From positions 1 through 53,861 of the forward strand of contig JAPOYE010000097.1 of assembly GCA_026706695.1 (NCBI GenBank): a stretch of 53,861 nucleotides of DNA. The letters are read 5' to 3'. Source of the DNA: Candidatus Dadabacteria bacterium. GTDB lineage: Bacteria; Desulfobacterota_D; UBA1144; Nemesobacterales; Nemesobacteraceae. Both the position numbers and the translations under genes were made by a program. Every line of letters begins with the position of its first letter. The stretch's first letter is position 1. The notes beneath the pieces were generated by a model. The model was not told the origin of the DNA. It did no database searches and was given only the letters and a program-made list of their open reading frames with translations. Of the stretch, positions 19,191 to 30,724 are shown in pieces.

Positions 19191-19660
19191 AAAACCGACG
19201 AGAGAGCAAAGAGCCCAGAATATTCATAGACAGCCGTGGCAGGTGGTTTCACGACGGGATCAGAATAACCCACAGGTGGACATACCTTGAGAACAACAAA
19301 AACCTCGACATAGACACAGACGGAAAGCTTTTTGTTCAAGAACAAGGGAGCAGGGTTTACGTCGAGTGCGAGGACACCCCTTTTGTTGTTACTATGGTCA
19401 CCAAAACGGAGAACGGTTTTTCCATAAGGTTAAACGACGAATCCGGGGAAGAACTGGATTTGACGACTCTCACCATAGCCGAGCAGAACATACCTTACGT
19501 AAGAGTAAAGAACGGGAAATTCGAGGCCAGGCTGCTTAGCGCGGCCTACTACGAACTAATGAAATACGCAGGAAAAGACGAGAAAGGCTTTTACCTGGAA
19601 TCCGGACGGAGCAGATCCTATCTGCACCACAACTCAAGAACCGTAAAAAACTACAAGTAA
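19187..19660 (+). CDS. DUF1285-like protein
   Basis: 157 aa, with an ATGA overlap with yjbQ. The pattern [12 protein letters not shown] and [10 protein letters not shown] resembles DUF1285 as I recall it. Confidence 0.5.
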   Translation: MKNRRESKEPRIFIDSRGRWFHDGIRITHRWTYLENNKNLDIDTDGKLFVQEQGSRVYVECEDTPFVVTMVTKTENGFSIRLNDESGEELDLTTLTIAEQNIPYVRVKNGKFEARLLSAAYYELMKYAGKDEKGFYLESGRSRSYLHHNSRTVKNYK

Positions 19661-20034
19661 GTTTATTGCGGAAACATTTTTTATAAACTTATAGACTTCA
19701 GGGACTTTTTTTGAACCAGATCTAAGAACCGTCTAACTAGATTTGTGTGAAACCTGTTGGGGCATAGGTTACACTGTCTTTGCAAATTATCGGCTTCATC
19801 TGCTCAGAAAACAGATTTTGCAGTGCAGGTCATAAAACCGTGTATTGAAATCGCCATCAGCCTTGGCAATGCGATTGGAGGAAAAATGCCGCAAATTGAA
19901 ATTATTACGGTTTCGTCGCAATCGAGACAATCGAGGTCTTTACGGCCTGCAGTCTCGGCAACGGCTATGCGTATTATGCTAGTGATATCCGCACTCACGA
20001 AAACCCATACGGGAATGCGTCATGGAGGACTGAG

Positions 20035-20715
20035 TTGACTTGCTGGGGTTATACCGGGGCCGAGGGTCCCGATAACTGGGGCTCGCTCTCGCCGGATTAC
20101 GCGACCTGCGCTATCGGACGCATGCAGTCACCGATTGACATCACCGGCGCCTTTCCCGTTAAGGGATCGGCACTGAAATTTGATTACAGGCCCTCTTCTC
20201 TGAAGATTCTAAACACCGGACACACCCTCCAGGTAAATTACGCACCCGGCAGCACACTGACTGCAGCAGGTGAAATTTACGAACTGTTGCAGTTTCACTT
20301 TCACGTTCCGAGCGAGCACGCCTTTGATGGTTCGCACGCGGCGATGGAGGCACATTTCGTACACAAAAACCCAGCAGGCGTACTGGCAGTGGTTGGTGTT
20401 ATGATGGAAATAGGCACACGAAACCATGCTCTGGCTGCGGTGTTTGACAACGTACCGACCGAGGCAGGAATAGAAATTGATGTTGCGGGCGCGACAGTGG
20501 ATGCATCTTCGATACTGCCGACGGCAACCACCGGATACTTCCATTACAAGGGGTCACTCACCACTCCTCCCTGCAGTGAGGGAGTACACTGGTTCATTTT
20601 TCCGGACGCAATTGAGGTGAGTGCAGAACAGGTCGCAAACTTTGAGCGGATGTTCGGACACAATGCACGTCCGTTACAAAAGTGCAACGACCGTCTGCTG
20701 ATTGTATCTTCGTAG
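20035..20715 (+). CDS. alpha-class carbonic anhydrase without signal peptide
   Basis: 226 aa. It has CWGYTGAEGPDNWG, QSPIDI, the zinc ligands FHFHVPSEH and AHFVH, and YKGSLTTPPCSEGVHWF. The start is a TTG with GGAGG 6 nt upstream. Confidence 0.85.
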   Translation: MTCWGYTGAEGPDNWGSLSPDYATCAIGRMQSPIDITGAFPVKGSALKFDYRPSSLKILNTGHTLQVNYAPGSTLTAAGEIYELLQFHFHVPSEHAFDGSHAAMEAHFVHKNPAGVLAVVGVMMEIGTRNHALAAVFDNVPTEAGIEIDVAGATVDASSILPTATTGYFHYKGSLTTPPCSEGVHWFIFPDAIEVSAEQVANFERMFGHNARPLQKCNDRLLIVSS

Positions 20716-20717
20716 CT

Positions 20718-21908
20718 TCAGTGAAAAACCCCGCACACCCTTGCAACCAACTCATCGGTGAATACCCTTCCCTTGGCGGTGAGCCTGAGACGGTCGCCGT
20801 CGGTGAGAATAAAACCGTCAGATTCAAGGTATTCGAGGCCAGAGGCATCAGGTTCGCAGCCGAAGCGCTTCTTTAGACCTTCAATTCCTACCCCGTCGCT
20901 TAGCCGAAGTCCCATAAGAAGCTTATCTTCAAGGGCTGTAGTCCGCGAGAGATCATAAGAGGCACAGACGGCATTTCCGTCGCCCGTAACTCGCTTCATG
21001 TAAAGCTCGGGATTCCTTACGTTTGACCATCTTATTCCCCAGCCCTCTTCTCCACCGCAGCTAATGTGGGAATGGGCTCCGGCACCCACGCCTAGGTAAT
21101 CATGACAGTTCCAGTAAATAAGGTTATGCCTGCACTCGTAGCCGGGCCGGGCAAAATTCGATACTTCGTAATTTCCGTACCCCTCTGCCTCGAGAATCTC
21201 CCGCGCGCTCCGCATGAACTCGACCAGAACTGAGTCATCGGGAAGAGAGAGTTTCCCTTTGCGCCAAAGCGTCGCAAACTCGGTTCCGGGCTCAATTGTA
21301 AGGCAGTAGGCGGATATATGGGTCGGAGAGAATCTCAGGGCAGTGCGGATATCTTCTTCAAACTCTTCCCGGCTTTCTCGAGAGCTTCCGTATATAAGAT
21401 CAAGGTTATAGTTATGAAAACCGGCGTCCCGGACGTCAACAAGCGCGCGGACACAATCATCTGGAGTGGTGAATCTCCCGTAGAAATCAAGCTTTCTCTG
21501 CGAAAAAGACTGCACGCCGACGCTTATTCTGTTTACCCCGACGCGCATCAGTGAAACGAGCTTTTCCCTGTCGGCAGTTCTCGGGTTTACCTCAAGGCTC
21601 ACTTCTACCTTGGGCGAAAAGGAAGCAATCGAGGCGAGTTTCTCCATTACCATCCCTATGCTTCTGGGCTTTAAAAGCGACGGGGTCCCTCCCCCGAAAA
21701 ACACCGTGCTTATCTCTCTGCCTTCAATAATGCCCCGGAAGTTTTCAATTTCTCGTTCCAGAGCACGGACGTAATCACCTTCCGGAAAGTTGCCATTAGT
21801 CCCATAAGAGTTAAAATCACAATAAGGACATTTGGTAAGACAATACGGAATATGGACATATACGCCAAGGGGCACTTGGTATTTATCGATATTCTCTTTC
21901 ATCCGCAC
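20718..21908 (-). CDS. hemW: radical SAM heme chaperone HemW (coproporphyrinogen III oxidase-like)
   Basis: 396 aa. It has the radical SAM motif CLTKCPYCDF and a HemN-like C-terminal domain. Confidence 0.88.
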   Translation of the reverse strand: MRMKENIDKYQVPLGVYVHIPYCLTKCPYCDFNSYGTNGNFPEGDYVRALEREIENFRGIIEGREISTVFFGGGTPSLLKPRSIGMVMEKLASIASFSPKVEVSLEVNPRTADREKLVSLMRVGVNRISVGVQSFSQRKLDFYGRFTTPDDCVRALVDVRDAGFHNYNLDLIYGSSRESREEFEEDIRTALRFSPTHISAYCLTIEPGTEFATLWRKGKLSLPDDSVLVEFMRSAREILEAEGYGNYEVSNFARPGYECRHNLIYWNCHDYLGVGAGAHSHISCGGEEGWGIRWSNVRNPELYMKRVTGDGNAVCASYDLSRTTALEDKLLMGLRLSDGVGIEGLKKRFGCEPDASGLEYLESDGFILTDGDRLRLTAKGRVFTDELVARVCGVFH

Positions 21909-21933
21909 TCAAGCGACACACCGCGGTTGCCAC

Positions 21934-23163
21934 ATGATGAGTATACCGAAAAATTTCCTCCTTCTTCTCAGTTCACTACTGCTGCTTTCCCAGACCGCGT
22001 GGGCGCAGCAAGTAATCCCAATTGAACGGGCCGTCGAGATAGCACTGCTTAACAGCCCGGAACTCCGGATTTCCCGTTCCGAGGTCGACATCTCGAAGTC
22101 AATACTCAGGCAGGCAAAAGCTCCCCTTTATCCCCAGCTCAGCGGAAAACTCGTAGTACCGTTTGTGGGAAGAGAGTCCGGTTTTTACGTCGACCAGATG
22201 ATATGGGACTTCGGAAAGACAAAAGCCAGGATAAGGGCAAGAGAACATCATGTGGAATCCGCAAGATACTTGCTTACGGGCTCAGAAACGATGCTCGTGC
22301 GCGACACGCGCATCGCCTACTATCAGGCGCTCTCCGAGAAAAACCGGCTCGATGGAGCAGCTACAGAGACCAAACGCAGGGAATGGCTCCTTGAGAAAAC
22401 AGAAGAGCTTTTCGCCGTCGGGAAAAAGTCCGCCCAGCAGCTAAGCCAGGCGGAAATCGACCTGCAGCAGGCAAAACTCGAACTGGTCTCAAGAGAAAAC
22501 TCCTACGAACTCGCCATGCTTAGTCTAAGGCACCTGATGAATGACCCCTCGCTCGGACAGTTCGACATCCGTGAGGATCTTGCCTATGAGAAGGTATACG
22601 AAACCAGAGAAGATCTTGTAAGCTTCGCCCTTTCTGAAAACGCAGAGATAAAGAGTCTTCTGGCGGACCATGATGGAATAAGGGCCTCGATTGCGGAGAA
22701 CAGGGGGAAATTTCTTCCGTCGATATTCGGCAGGGCAGCGTACAGATTTGAAGGAGAAGGCGCCGAGACGCCAGCTTTTATAGCCGGACTCGGCGTTAAG
22801 ATTCCCATCTTTGAGGGATTCTCAAGGTTTGGCCAGATGGCGCAGTCAAAGGCTGAACTCACAAGAAACGAGGCGCAGACCGAGCTGCTCAAGAACAGAA
22901 TAATCCTCTCGGTTGGGGAACTCTATCTCGAACTCAAGCACCTCGAGAAAAAAATAAAAATACTTGAGGACTCGGAATCGATATCGGAGAAAAACCTGCT
23001 TCTGGTCAAGGAAAGGTACAAGTCGCGAAGCGCTTCGAAAATAGAATTTGCCCAAGCGCAGGCGCTTTATGAGGAGGCGGTAGCGGACTACAAAAACTCC
23101 ATATACGGCTATAAAATGGTAAGGTTAAGGCTGTTAAGCCTCTGCGGAAAAGAGATACAATGA
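21934..23163 (+). CDS. TolC-family outer-membrane efflux protein
   Basis: Signal peptide MMSIPKNFLLLLSSLLLLSQTAWAQQ, followed by coiled-coil/OEP repeats. I trimmed the start from 21832 to the ATG at 21934. Confidence 0.85.
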   Translation: MMSIPKNFLLLLSSLLLLSQTAWAQQVIPIERAVEIALLNSPELRISRSEVDISKSILRQAKAPLYPQLSGKLVVPFVGRESGFYVDQMIWDFGKTKARIRAREHHVESARYLLTGSETMLVRDTRIAYYQALSEKNRLDGAATETKRREWLLEKTEELFAVGKKSAQQLSQAEIDLQQAKLELVSRENSYELAMLSLRHLMNDPSLGQFDIREDLAYEKVYETREDLVSFALSENAEIKSLLADHDGIRASIAENRGKFLPSIFGRAAYRFEGEGAETPAFIAGLGVKIPIFEGFSRFGQMAQSKAELTRNEAQTELLKNRIILSVGELYLELKHLEKKIKILEDSESISEKNLLLVKERYKSRSASKIEFAQAQALYEEAVADYKNSIYGYKMVRLRLLSLCGKEIQ

Positions 23164-24296
23164 AAAATTTCCCCCGCTCAAACCTTCTCTACGCCGTCGC
23201 CGCCGTAGTAGTCATCGCAGGATACTTCATCTTTTTCGGAGGAAAGGAAGGCAAGGTAGAGTACGTAACGCAGAAAATCGAGAGAGGAGACATAACTTCC
23301 CTCGTAAGAGCTTCGGGAACCTTAAAACCGACTAAAGAAGCAAGAATATATTCACAAATAAACGGAACGATAAAGGAAGTCCGCTCCGAGGTGAACGACG
23401 AGGTCAAAAAGGGCCAAGTGCTGGCCCTTATGGAAGAACCGGAAGGGCTCTCAGGAGACGTCGAATACTTCAAGGAGATACTTAAGAAGACCACAACCGA
23501 CCTTGAGATTTCAACCAACTCGCACGGGGCAAACGAGAGACTCTACGAAAAAGAGCTTATTTCCCGGGAGGAGTTCAACTTATCTCTCTCTGAACACAGC
23601 GCGGCAGTTGCCGCACGTGAGAAAGCCCAAGCCGACCTAGAAACGGCGCAGAGAAAACTTGACGCGACCCGAATCACTTCCATGCTCGACGGCATGGTGC
23701 TTGAAAAGAACATTATAATCGGCGAACAGATACACCCGAACAAATCCGAACCCCTGTACGTACTGGCTGAAAATCCTCGAACCCTTCACCTAGTCTCAAA
23801 CGTAAGCGAAGCAGACATAGGAAAGATAAAAGAGGGTCAGGACGTCCTCTTCAGGGTTGACGCATTTCCGGGCAAGAATTTCAGCGCGAAGATAAAACAG
23901 GTGGCAAACTCTCCGAGCATAAAAAACGATGTCGTCACCTACGACGTAACGTGTCTTGTAGAGAACCCGGAACTCGAGCTTAAACCCGGGATGACCGCCG
24001 AAGTAAAGAAAGTCATATCAACCAAAAAAGACGTGCTTAAAGTTCCCACCGCCGCACTTCGCTTCATTCCCCCGAAATCTTCAGCCGTCGCTACTGAGGC
24101 AGGCGAAAACGTCTGGGTCCTCAAGCAGGGAAAACTCTCTCCAGTAGTAATAGAGACCGGGATTAGCGACGACTTCCACACAGAAATTCTAAGCGGTCCG
24201 CTTTCCGAAGGAGACCCGATAGTGGTTGAGTACACGGTTTCCGGCGGAAACAACAAAGGACCGGGCTTTGCGCTTCCCCAGCCGAAAAGATTCTGA
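23160..24296 (+). CDS. efflux periplasmic adaptor (HlyD/MacA-type membrane fusion protein)
   Basis: 378 aa. It has an N-terminal TM helix, a coiled-coil hairpin and a beta-barrel region (LKPGMTAEV). It overlaps the TolC gene by 4 nt. Confidence 0.88.
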   Translation: MKNFPRSNLLYAVAAVVVIAGYFIFFGGKEGKVEYVTQKIERGDITSLVRASGTLKPTKEARIYSQINGTIKEVRSEVNDEVKKGQVLALMEEPEGLSGDVEYFKEILKKTTTDLEISTNSHGANERLYEKELISREEFNLSLSEHSAAVAAREKAQADLETAQRKLDATRITSMLDGMVLEKNIIIGEQIHPNKSEPLYVLAENPRTLHLVSNVSEADIGKIKEGQDVLFRVDAFPGKNFSAKIKQVANSPSIKNDVVTYDVTCLVENPELELKPGMTAEVKKVISTKKDVLKVPTAALRFIPPKSSAVATEAGENVWVLKQGKLSPVVIETGISDDFHTEILSGPLSEGDPIVVEYTVSGGNNKGPGFALPQPKRF

Positions 24297-24991
24297 TGAC
24301 ACCGCCCGTAATCAAGCTCAAGAACATCGGTAAAACCTACTCGAACGGAAAGGTCGAGGTTGAAGCACTTCGATCCATAAACCTTGAGATAGCACAAGGA
24401 GAATTCGTCGCCGTCATGGGATCTTCGGGATCCGGCAAAAGCACCCTTATGAACATTCTCGGCTGCCTCGACACGCAGAGCAGCGGAGACTACATGCTTG
24501 ACGGTGCCGACATAATGGAACTCGAAAGCGATGAGAAGGCGGAAATACGGAGCACGAAGATTGGCTTTGTCTTCCAGAGCTTTAACCTGCTGCCGCGAAC
24601 CACTGCACTTGAAAACGTGGAACTGCCGCTGGTCTACTCAGGCATGCCGGGAACCCAGAGAAAAAATCTTGCCTCGGCCGCACTTTCTCTCGTGGGACTC
24701 GCAGACAGAGCGGATCATCTTCCCAACCAACTCTCTGGGGGACAGCAGCAGAGGGTGGCAATAGCCAGGGCGGTCGTAAACAACCCGAGGATGATACTGG
24801 CAGATGAACCAACCGGAAACCTGGATACGGCAACGAGTTACGAAATAATGAAGATATTCAAAGAACTGAACGAACAGGGAAAAACGATAGTAATGATAAC
24901 GCACGAAGAAGACATAGCTTCCCGCTCAAAGAGAATAATAAGCCTGAAGGACGGGGAGATCATCGAGGACAGACCGAGCGGCCCGATTTAA
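24296..24991 (+). CDS. ABC transporter ATP-binding protein (MacB/LolD-type)
   Basis: 231 aa. It has Walker [10 protein letters not shown], the signature [14 protein letters not shown], and Walker [12 protein letters not shown]. Confidence 0.93.
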   Translation: MTPPVIKLKNIGKTYSNGKVEVEALRSINLEIAQGEFVAVMGSSGSGKSTLMNILGCLDTQSSGDYMLDGADIMELESDEKAEIRSTKIGFVFQSFNLLPRTTALENVELPLVYSGMPGTQRKNLASAALSLVGLADRADHLPNQLSGGQQQRVAIARAVVNNPRMILADEPTGNLDTATSYEIMKIFKELNEQGKTIVMITHEEDIASRSKRIISLKDGEIIEDRPSGPI

Positions 24992-25100
24992 CTCTGTCGA
25001 CCCTCACAAACCGTGATTCCAAGGCTCGAGGGGTCCCGATTGAGAACGCAACTGGGTTGCAACCTGTCTCTGGAACTGGAGGATTGCCCTAGTGCTCTAA

Positions 25101-26495
25101 TCAGTCCTCTTCCGGCATTATCACGAATTCTGGATAAGCTTCGATGCCCAGATTGCCCACATCCTGGCCGATGGCCTCGACATCCTTTGAGACCCGTAAC
25201 CCCAAGGTGCGGTCGATGACAAACCACAACAGCATTGATGACCCAAACACGAACACGCCGATGGCCAAAATGCCGATGATCTGAGCAAAAAGACTTCCAC
25301 CGGCGGCAATGCAGACCGCCAACGTCCCCCAGATGCCAGTGCAGAGATGAACGGGGACAGCACCCACGACGTCGTCGATCTTTATTATTTCCAAAGACTT
25401 CATGGACAACAGGCAAACCATGCCCCCGATTGCTCCGATCACTACTGCCCAGTGATGCTGGACGATATCCGGCGCCGCTGTGATCGCGACGAGACCGGCC
25501 AGAGCGCCATTAAGTCCGGCGAACAGGTCGACACGGCCCAGTACGGGCCGGGAGAGGCTCAGAGCTGCCAAAACCCCAGCCCCCGCCGCTAGGTTAGTGT
25601 TGGAGAAGATGTTGCTCACCGCCACGGCATCGAGTGCGCCGCTAAGAGCCAGCTGCGAACCGCCGTTGAAGCCGAACCAGCCCAACCACAGGATAAAGAC
25701 GCCAAGAGTGACGACCGGAACATTGGATGGAGGGGTCGGTTTGACACTGCCATCAGCCCGGAACTTGCCCGAGCGCGGCCCAAGCATTATGGCCCCCGCG
25801 AGTGCTGCCCAGCCTCCCGTGGAGTGGACCACGGTGGAACCGGCGAAGTCCTTGAACCCCAATTCAGCCAACCAGCCCCCGGCCCAAGTCCATGCGCCAA
25901 CGATTGGGTAGATGATCGAGGTCAGTACAGCGATGAAGACAAAGAAAGGCCACAGCTTCACGCGCTCGGCCAGAGTGCCCGAGACAATCGAAGCCGTGGT
26001 CGCCACGAACACCATCTGGAAGAACCAGTACGACATCGCCGAGTAACCGCTCTCGACGACGGCCGCGGTGGCTGTTTCCTCGCCACCCAGCAACGCCACT
26101 TCATCTGCGGTCGTGCCGTACAGGAATTCGAACGAACCAAACCATCCGCCCGGCTCGACACCAACATACATGATGTTGAAACCGATCAGGTAGTACGCCA
26201 GTCCGGCAATGGAGTAGAGACCAATGTTCTTCAGGCAAATGACCGAAGCGTTCTTCGTCCGTACCGAACCCGCCTCGAGCATTGTAAAGCCTGCTGCCAT
26301 CCACATCACGAGGGCACCCCACACAAGAAACCCAAACGTGTTGAAGACGAACTGCGCCTCGCCCTCGATGGCGGCCCATGCGGACACGGGCGACAAGACC
26401 AAGACCACTAGCATCGCGACAATGCCGAATCTAGTCACAACCCAAGTGGCAGAATTCCGACAGCCCTTAAATAACCGAAAGTCCTGGATGATCAT
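25101..26495 (-). CDS. amt: ammonium transporter (Amt family)
   Basis: 464 aa and polytopic. It has typical Amt blocks (DFAGSTVVHSTGGWAALAGA, VHLCTGIWGTL) and the RBS GAAGGAGG. The gene is markedly GC-rich. Confidence 0.93.
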   Translation of the reverse strand: MIIQDFRLFKGCRNSATWVVTRFGIVAMLVVLVLSPVSAWAAIEGEAQFVFNTFGFLVWGALVMWMAAGFTMLEAGSVRTKNASVICLKNIGLYSIAGLAYYLIGFNIMYVGVEPGGWFGSFEFLYGTTADEVALLGGEETATAAVVESGYSAMSYWFFQMVFVATTASIVSGTLAERVKLWPFFVFIAVLTSIIYPIVGAWTWAGGWLAELGFKDFAGSTVVHSTGGWAALAGAIMLGPRSGKFRADGSVKPTPPSNVPVVTLGVFILWLGWFGFNGGSQLALSGALDAVAVSNIFSNTNLAAGAGVLAALSLSRPVLGRVDLFAGLNGALAGLVAITAAPDIVQHHWAVVIGAIGGMVCLLSMKSLEIIKIDDVVGAVPVHLCTGIWGTLAVCIAAGGSLFAQIIGILAIGVFVFGSSMLLWFVIDRTLGLRVSKDVEAIGQDVGNLGIEAYPEFVIMPEED

Positions 26496-26572
26496 AGCTG
26501 GTTTCTACCTCCTTCTACGATGGACAGCGATCACACAACGAGCGACAAGACAAAGACGCGGTTTTAGTAGAG

Positions 26573-26588
26573 AGCATAGTGCTTTCCG
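26573..26588 (-). promoter_or_regulatory. candidate sigma-54 (-24/-12) promoter for amt
   Basis: The minus strand reads CGGAAAGCACTATGCT, with the GG and GC elements at the canonical spacing of TGGCAC-N5-TTGC. It lies about 80-90 nt upstream of the amt ATG. The match outside GG/GC is weak. Confidence 0.25.
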
Positions 26589-26751
26589 GTGTTCGTGTTG
26601 AGATCAAACTTAAAATAATGCCTGATTGCGCGATCGCCGAAAAAATATTTTTCTACCTCCTATTAAAACACGCTTTGAGTAGCACCTCAATAGAAAACAG
26701 CGGAACTGTCAAATCATAATGACTCGAAACCATGTAAGGACCCCAAGCTGA

Positions 26752-28251
<1,500 letters not shown>

Positions 28252-28253
28252 CG

Positions 28254-29678
28254 ATGGCAGGAAAAACTCTTTTTGACAAAATCTGGGAATCCCACCTCGT
28301 GCACGAAGAGGAAGGTAAACCGTCCCTTCTCTACATAGATCTTCACCTAGTTCACGAAGTTACCTCTCCCCAGGCGTTTGAAGGGCTGAGAATTACGGGA
28401 CGAGAAGTAAGGAGACCGGACCTTACTTTCGCCACCATGGATCATAACGTACCGACCACCGACCGTAGCGGACCAATTTCGGATCCCATATCCGCAAAAC
28501 AGATAGAAGCCCTGCGGCAAAACTGCAAGGATTTCGAAATAACGCTCTTCGGAATAAGAATAAACAACCACTCCCAAGGCATAGTGCACGTTATCGGGCC
28601 CGAACTCGGCCTTACAAAACCCGGGATGACCATAGTGTGCGGAGACAGCCACACTTCCACCCACGGAGCGTTCGGAGCACTCGCCTTCGGTATAGGAACA
28701 AGCGAAGTGGAGCATGTTCTGGCGACGCAGTGCTTAAGACAGAACCGCCCGAAGGTGTTTGAAATAAGGGTCGAGGGCGAACGCCAGTACGGGGTTACCG
28801 CAAAGGACATAATCCTGGGCATAATCGGACATATAGGAACCGCGGGGGCCACCGGGACCGTGGTCGAATACCGAGGAGAAGCGATAGAGGCACTTTCCAT
28901 GGAAGAGAGGATGACGGTATGCAACATGTCGATAGAGGGAGGAGCAAGAGCCGGAATGATAGCGCCCGATCAAAAGACCTTCGAGTACGTAGAGGGCCGC
29001 CGGTACGCACCGAAAGATGGCAATTACGAAAAGGCCCTCGAACACTGGCAGACTCTCCGCACGGACCCCGACGCCGTTTTCGACAAATCAGTCACCCTTG
29101 ACGCCCGCAAGATAGCTCCACAGGTAAGCTGGGGAACCAACCCAGGGATGGTAACGGACATAACTTCAAAAGTACCCGATCCAAGGGAGTGCGAAGACTC
29201 AAGCAAGAGAAAATCAATGGAACAGGCCCTTGAATACATGGACCTCAAGGCAAACACCCCGATAACGGACATACACGTTGACAGGGTGTTTATAGGTTCC
29301 TGCACGAATTCCAGAATGGAAGATCTGCTGGCGGTTGCGAAGCTCGTAAAAGGCAGGAAAGTAGCCGATGGAGTAAACGCAATGGTGGTTCCAGGTTCCC
29401 AGCTTGTAAAGAAAAAGGCAGAGGAAATGGAACTTCACAGGATATTTACCGAGGCCGGATTTGAGTGGCGCGAGTCGGGATGCAGCATGTGTCTTGGAAT
29501 GAACCCAGACATATTGGCCCCAGGGGAAAGATGCGCCAGTACATCCAACAGAAATTTCGAGGGTCGCCAGGGAAAAGGGGGAAGAACCCATCTGGTAAGC
29601 CCCATAATGGCTGCCGCAGCAGCAATCACGGGACATTTTGTGGACGTGCGCGGCTGGGAAATAGAGAAGGGGACTTGA
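28254..29678 (+). CDS. leuC: 3-isopropylmalate dehydratase large subunit
   Basis: 474 aa. It has [11 protein letters not shown] and the aconitase-family Fe-S ligand regions ([22 protein letters not shown]). Confidence 0.94.
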   Translation: MAGKTLFDKIWESHLVHEEEGKPSLLYIDLHLVHEVTSPQAFEGLRITGREVRRPDLTFATMDHNVPTTDRSGPISDPISAKQIEALRQNCKDFEITLFGIRINNHSQGIVHVIGPELGLTKPGMTIVCGDSHTSTHGAFGALAFGIGTSEVEHVLATQCLRQNRPKVFEIRVEGERQYGVTAKDIILGIIGHIGTAGATGTVVEYRGEAIEALSMEERMTVCNMSIEGGARAGMIAPDQKTFEYVEGRRYAPKDGNYEKALEHWQTLRTDPDAVFDKSVTLDARKIAPQVSWGTNPGMVTDITSKVPDPRECEDSSKRKSMEQALEYMDLKANTPITDIHVDRVFIGSCTNSRMEDLLAVAKLVKGRKVADGVNAMVVPGSQLVKKKAEEMELHRIFTEAGFEWRESGCSMCLGMNPDILAPGERCASTSNRNFEGRQGKGGRTHLVSPIMAAAAAITGHFVDVRGWEIEKGT

Positions 29679-29681
29679 AAC

Positions 29682-30308
29682 ATGGAGAAACTTCAAAAGG
29701 TATCGGGAAAAGTAGCGGCTCTTGACAGAATGAACGTCGACACCGACCAGATAATCCCCAAGCAGTTCCTAAAACGCATCGAGAGAACGGGATTCGGAGA
29801 CTTTCTGTTTTTCGACTGGAAATATAACGACGACGGGACCTTAAACGAGGATTTCGAACTCAACCAGACGAGGTACGCGGATGCGTGCATACTTCTGACC
29901 CGGGAAAATTTCGGAAGCGGAAGCTCCAGGGAACATGCTCCTTGGGCGATAAGGGAAGCGGGGTTCAGGGTAATTCTGGCTCCATCCTTTGCGGATATTT
30001 TCTATAACAACTGTTTTAAGAACTCGATACTCCCCATAGCCCTCTCCAAGGACAGAACGGATGAGTTGTTCCGCATTGTATTGGAGAATGAAGGTTATTC
30101 CCTTGAGGTTGATCTGGTTGAGAAATCCGTAACGGGGGAAGGGATAAGCTTTTCATTCGAGATAGACGATTTCAAAAGAAAAGTGCTTCTTGAAGGGCTT
30201 GATGACATATCGCAGACCCTTGAGTTAGAAAACAGCATAGAAAAGTATGAAAAGCTTTTCATGAACGAAAGAGATTGGGTTCTTCCTGACGAGCGGAAAA
30301 GCTCTTAA
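29682..30308 (+). CDS. leuD: 3-isopropylmalate dehydratase small subunit
   Basis: 208 aa. It has GENFGSGSSREHA and follows leuC directly. Confidence 0.93.
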   Translation: MEKLQKVSGKVAALDRMNVDTDQIIPKQFLKRIERTGFGDFLFFDWKYNDDGTLNEDFELNQTRYADACILLTRENFGSGSSREHAPWAIREAGFRVILAPSFADIFYNNCFKNSILPIALSKDRTDELFRIVLENEGYSLEVDLVEKSVTGEGISFSFEIDDFKRKVLLEGLDDISQTLELENSIEKYEKLFMNERDWVLPDERKSS

Positions 30309-30330
30309 TCCCCGTCCATCCTCCCCGTTT

Positions 30331-30552
30331 TTATTTTCTGAAGAAAAGATTGCCCAGAAGCGTGAGCAGGATGCTCAGCACTATGCAGGTTGCGATCGGA
30401 AAATAAAAACTGAAATTTTCTCTTTTGATTCTTATATCTCCAGGAAGTTTCCCGAAGAAATCAAGTTTCGCCGCATAAGGCAGTATGACTCCGAGCGCTA
30501 TTAGCATCGCACCGAGAATGATTATGATTCTTGCGGCTTCGCTTACGTTCAC
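30331..30552 (-). CDS. DUF2905 small membrane protein
   Basis: GKLPGDIRIKRENFSFYFPI is the DUF2905 signature. The start is uncertain: a GTG at 30552 gives about 73 aa, while the ORF is open to 30657. Confidence 0.6.
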   Translation of the reverse strand: MNVSEAARIIIILGAMLIALGVILPYAAKLDFFGKLPGDIRIKRENFSFYFPIATCIVLSILLTLLGNLFFRK

Positions 30553-30724
30553 GCAAAAAAAGATACCCGTACAAAAAAAATTGAGAAAATTCTCCGCGGT
30601 TTTAAAGTTTTTCCGAGCACTCGCAATTGATGGTCTCCGACAACGATTGCGTTCCAAATGTTTCTTGGTAATAATAGGAAAATTCTAAAACCTTAGTATT
30701 AATAACTTCTCAGGAGAAATTCAG

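Noticed and set aside
19757-20038. The 93-aa ORF ending at the carbonic anhydrase start, considered as a frameshifted signal peptide for the CA
   Set aside because: Its C-terminal segment (MRIMLVISALTKTHTGMRHGGLS) lacks a proper n/h/c-region or twin-arginine motif. The CA has its own SD plus TTG. A frameshifted leader cannot be supported.
21832-21933. N-terminal extensions offered by the ORF track: TolC from 21832, enolase from 26764, ugd from 16250, CDGSH from 49911, glnS from 48748, GNAT from 46281 and TBDR from 41546
   Set aside because: The extensions overlap neighbouring genes or precede canonical N-termini or signal peptides that have their own RBS, so I used the internal starts.
26519-26578. 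A 19-codon Cys-rich upstream ORF (MLSTKTASLSCRSLCDRCPS) on the amt strand
   Set aside because: It has no RBS. Its ATG overlaps the candidate -12 promoter element, so it would not be transcribed if that promoter is real. This is purely a six-frame coincidence.
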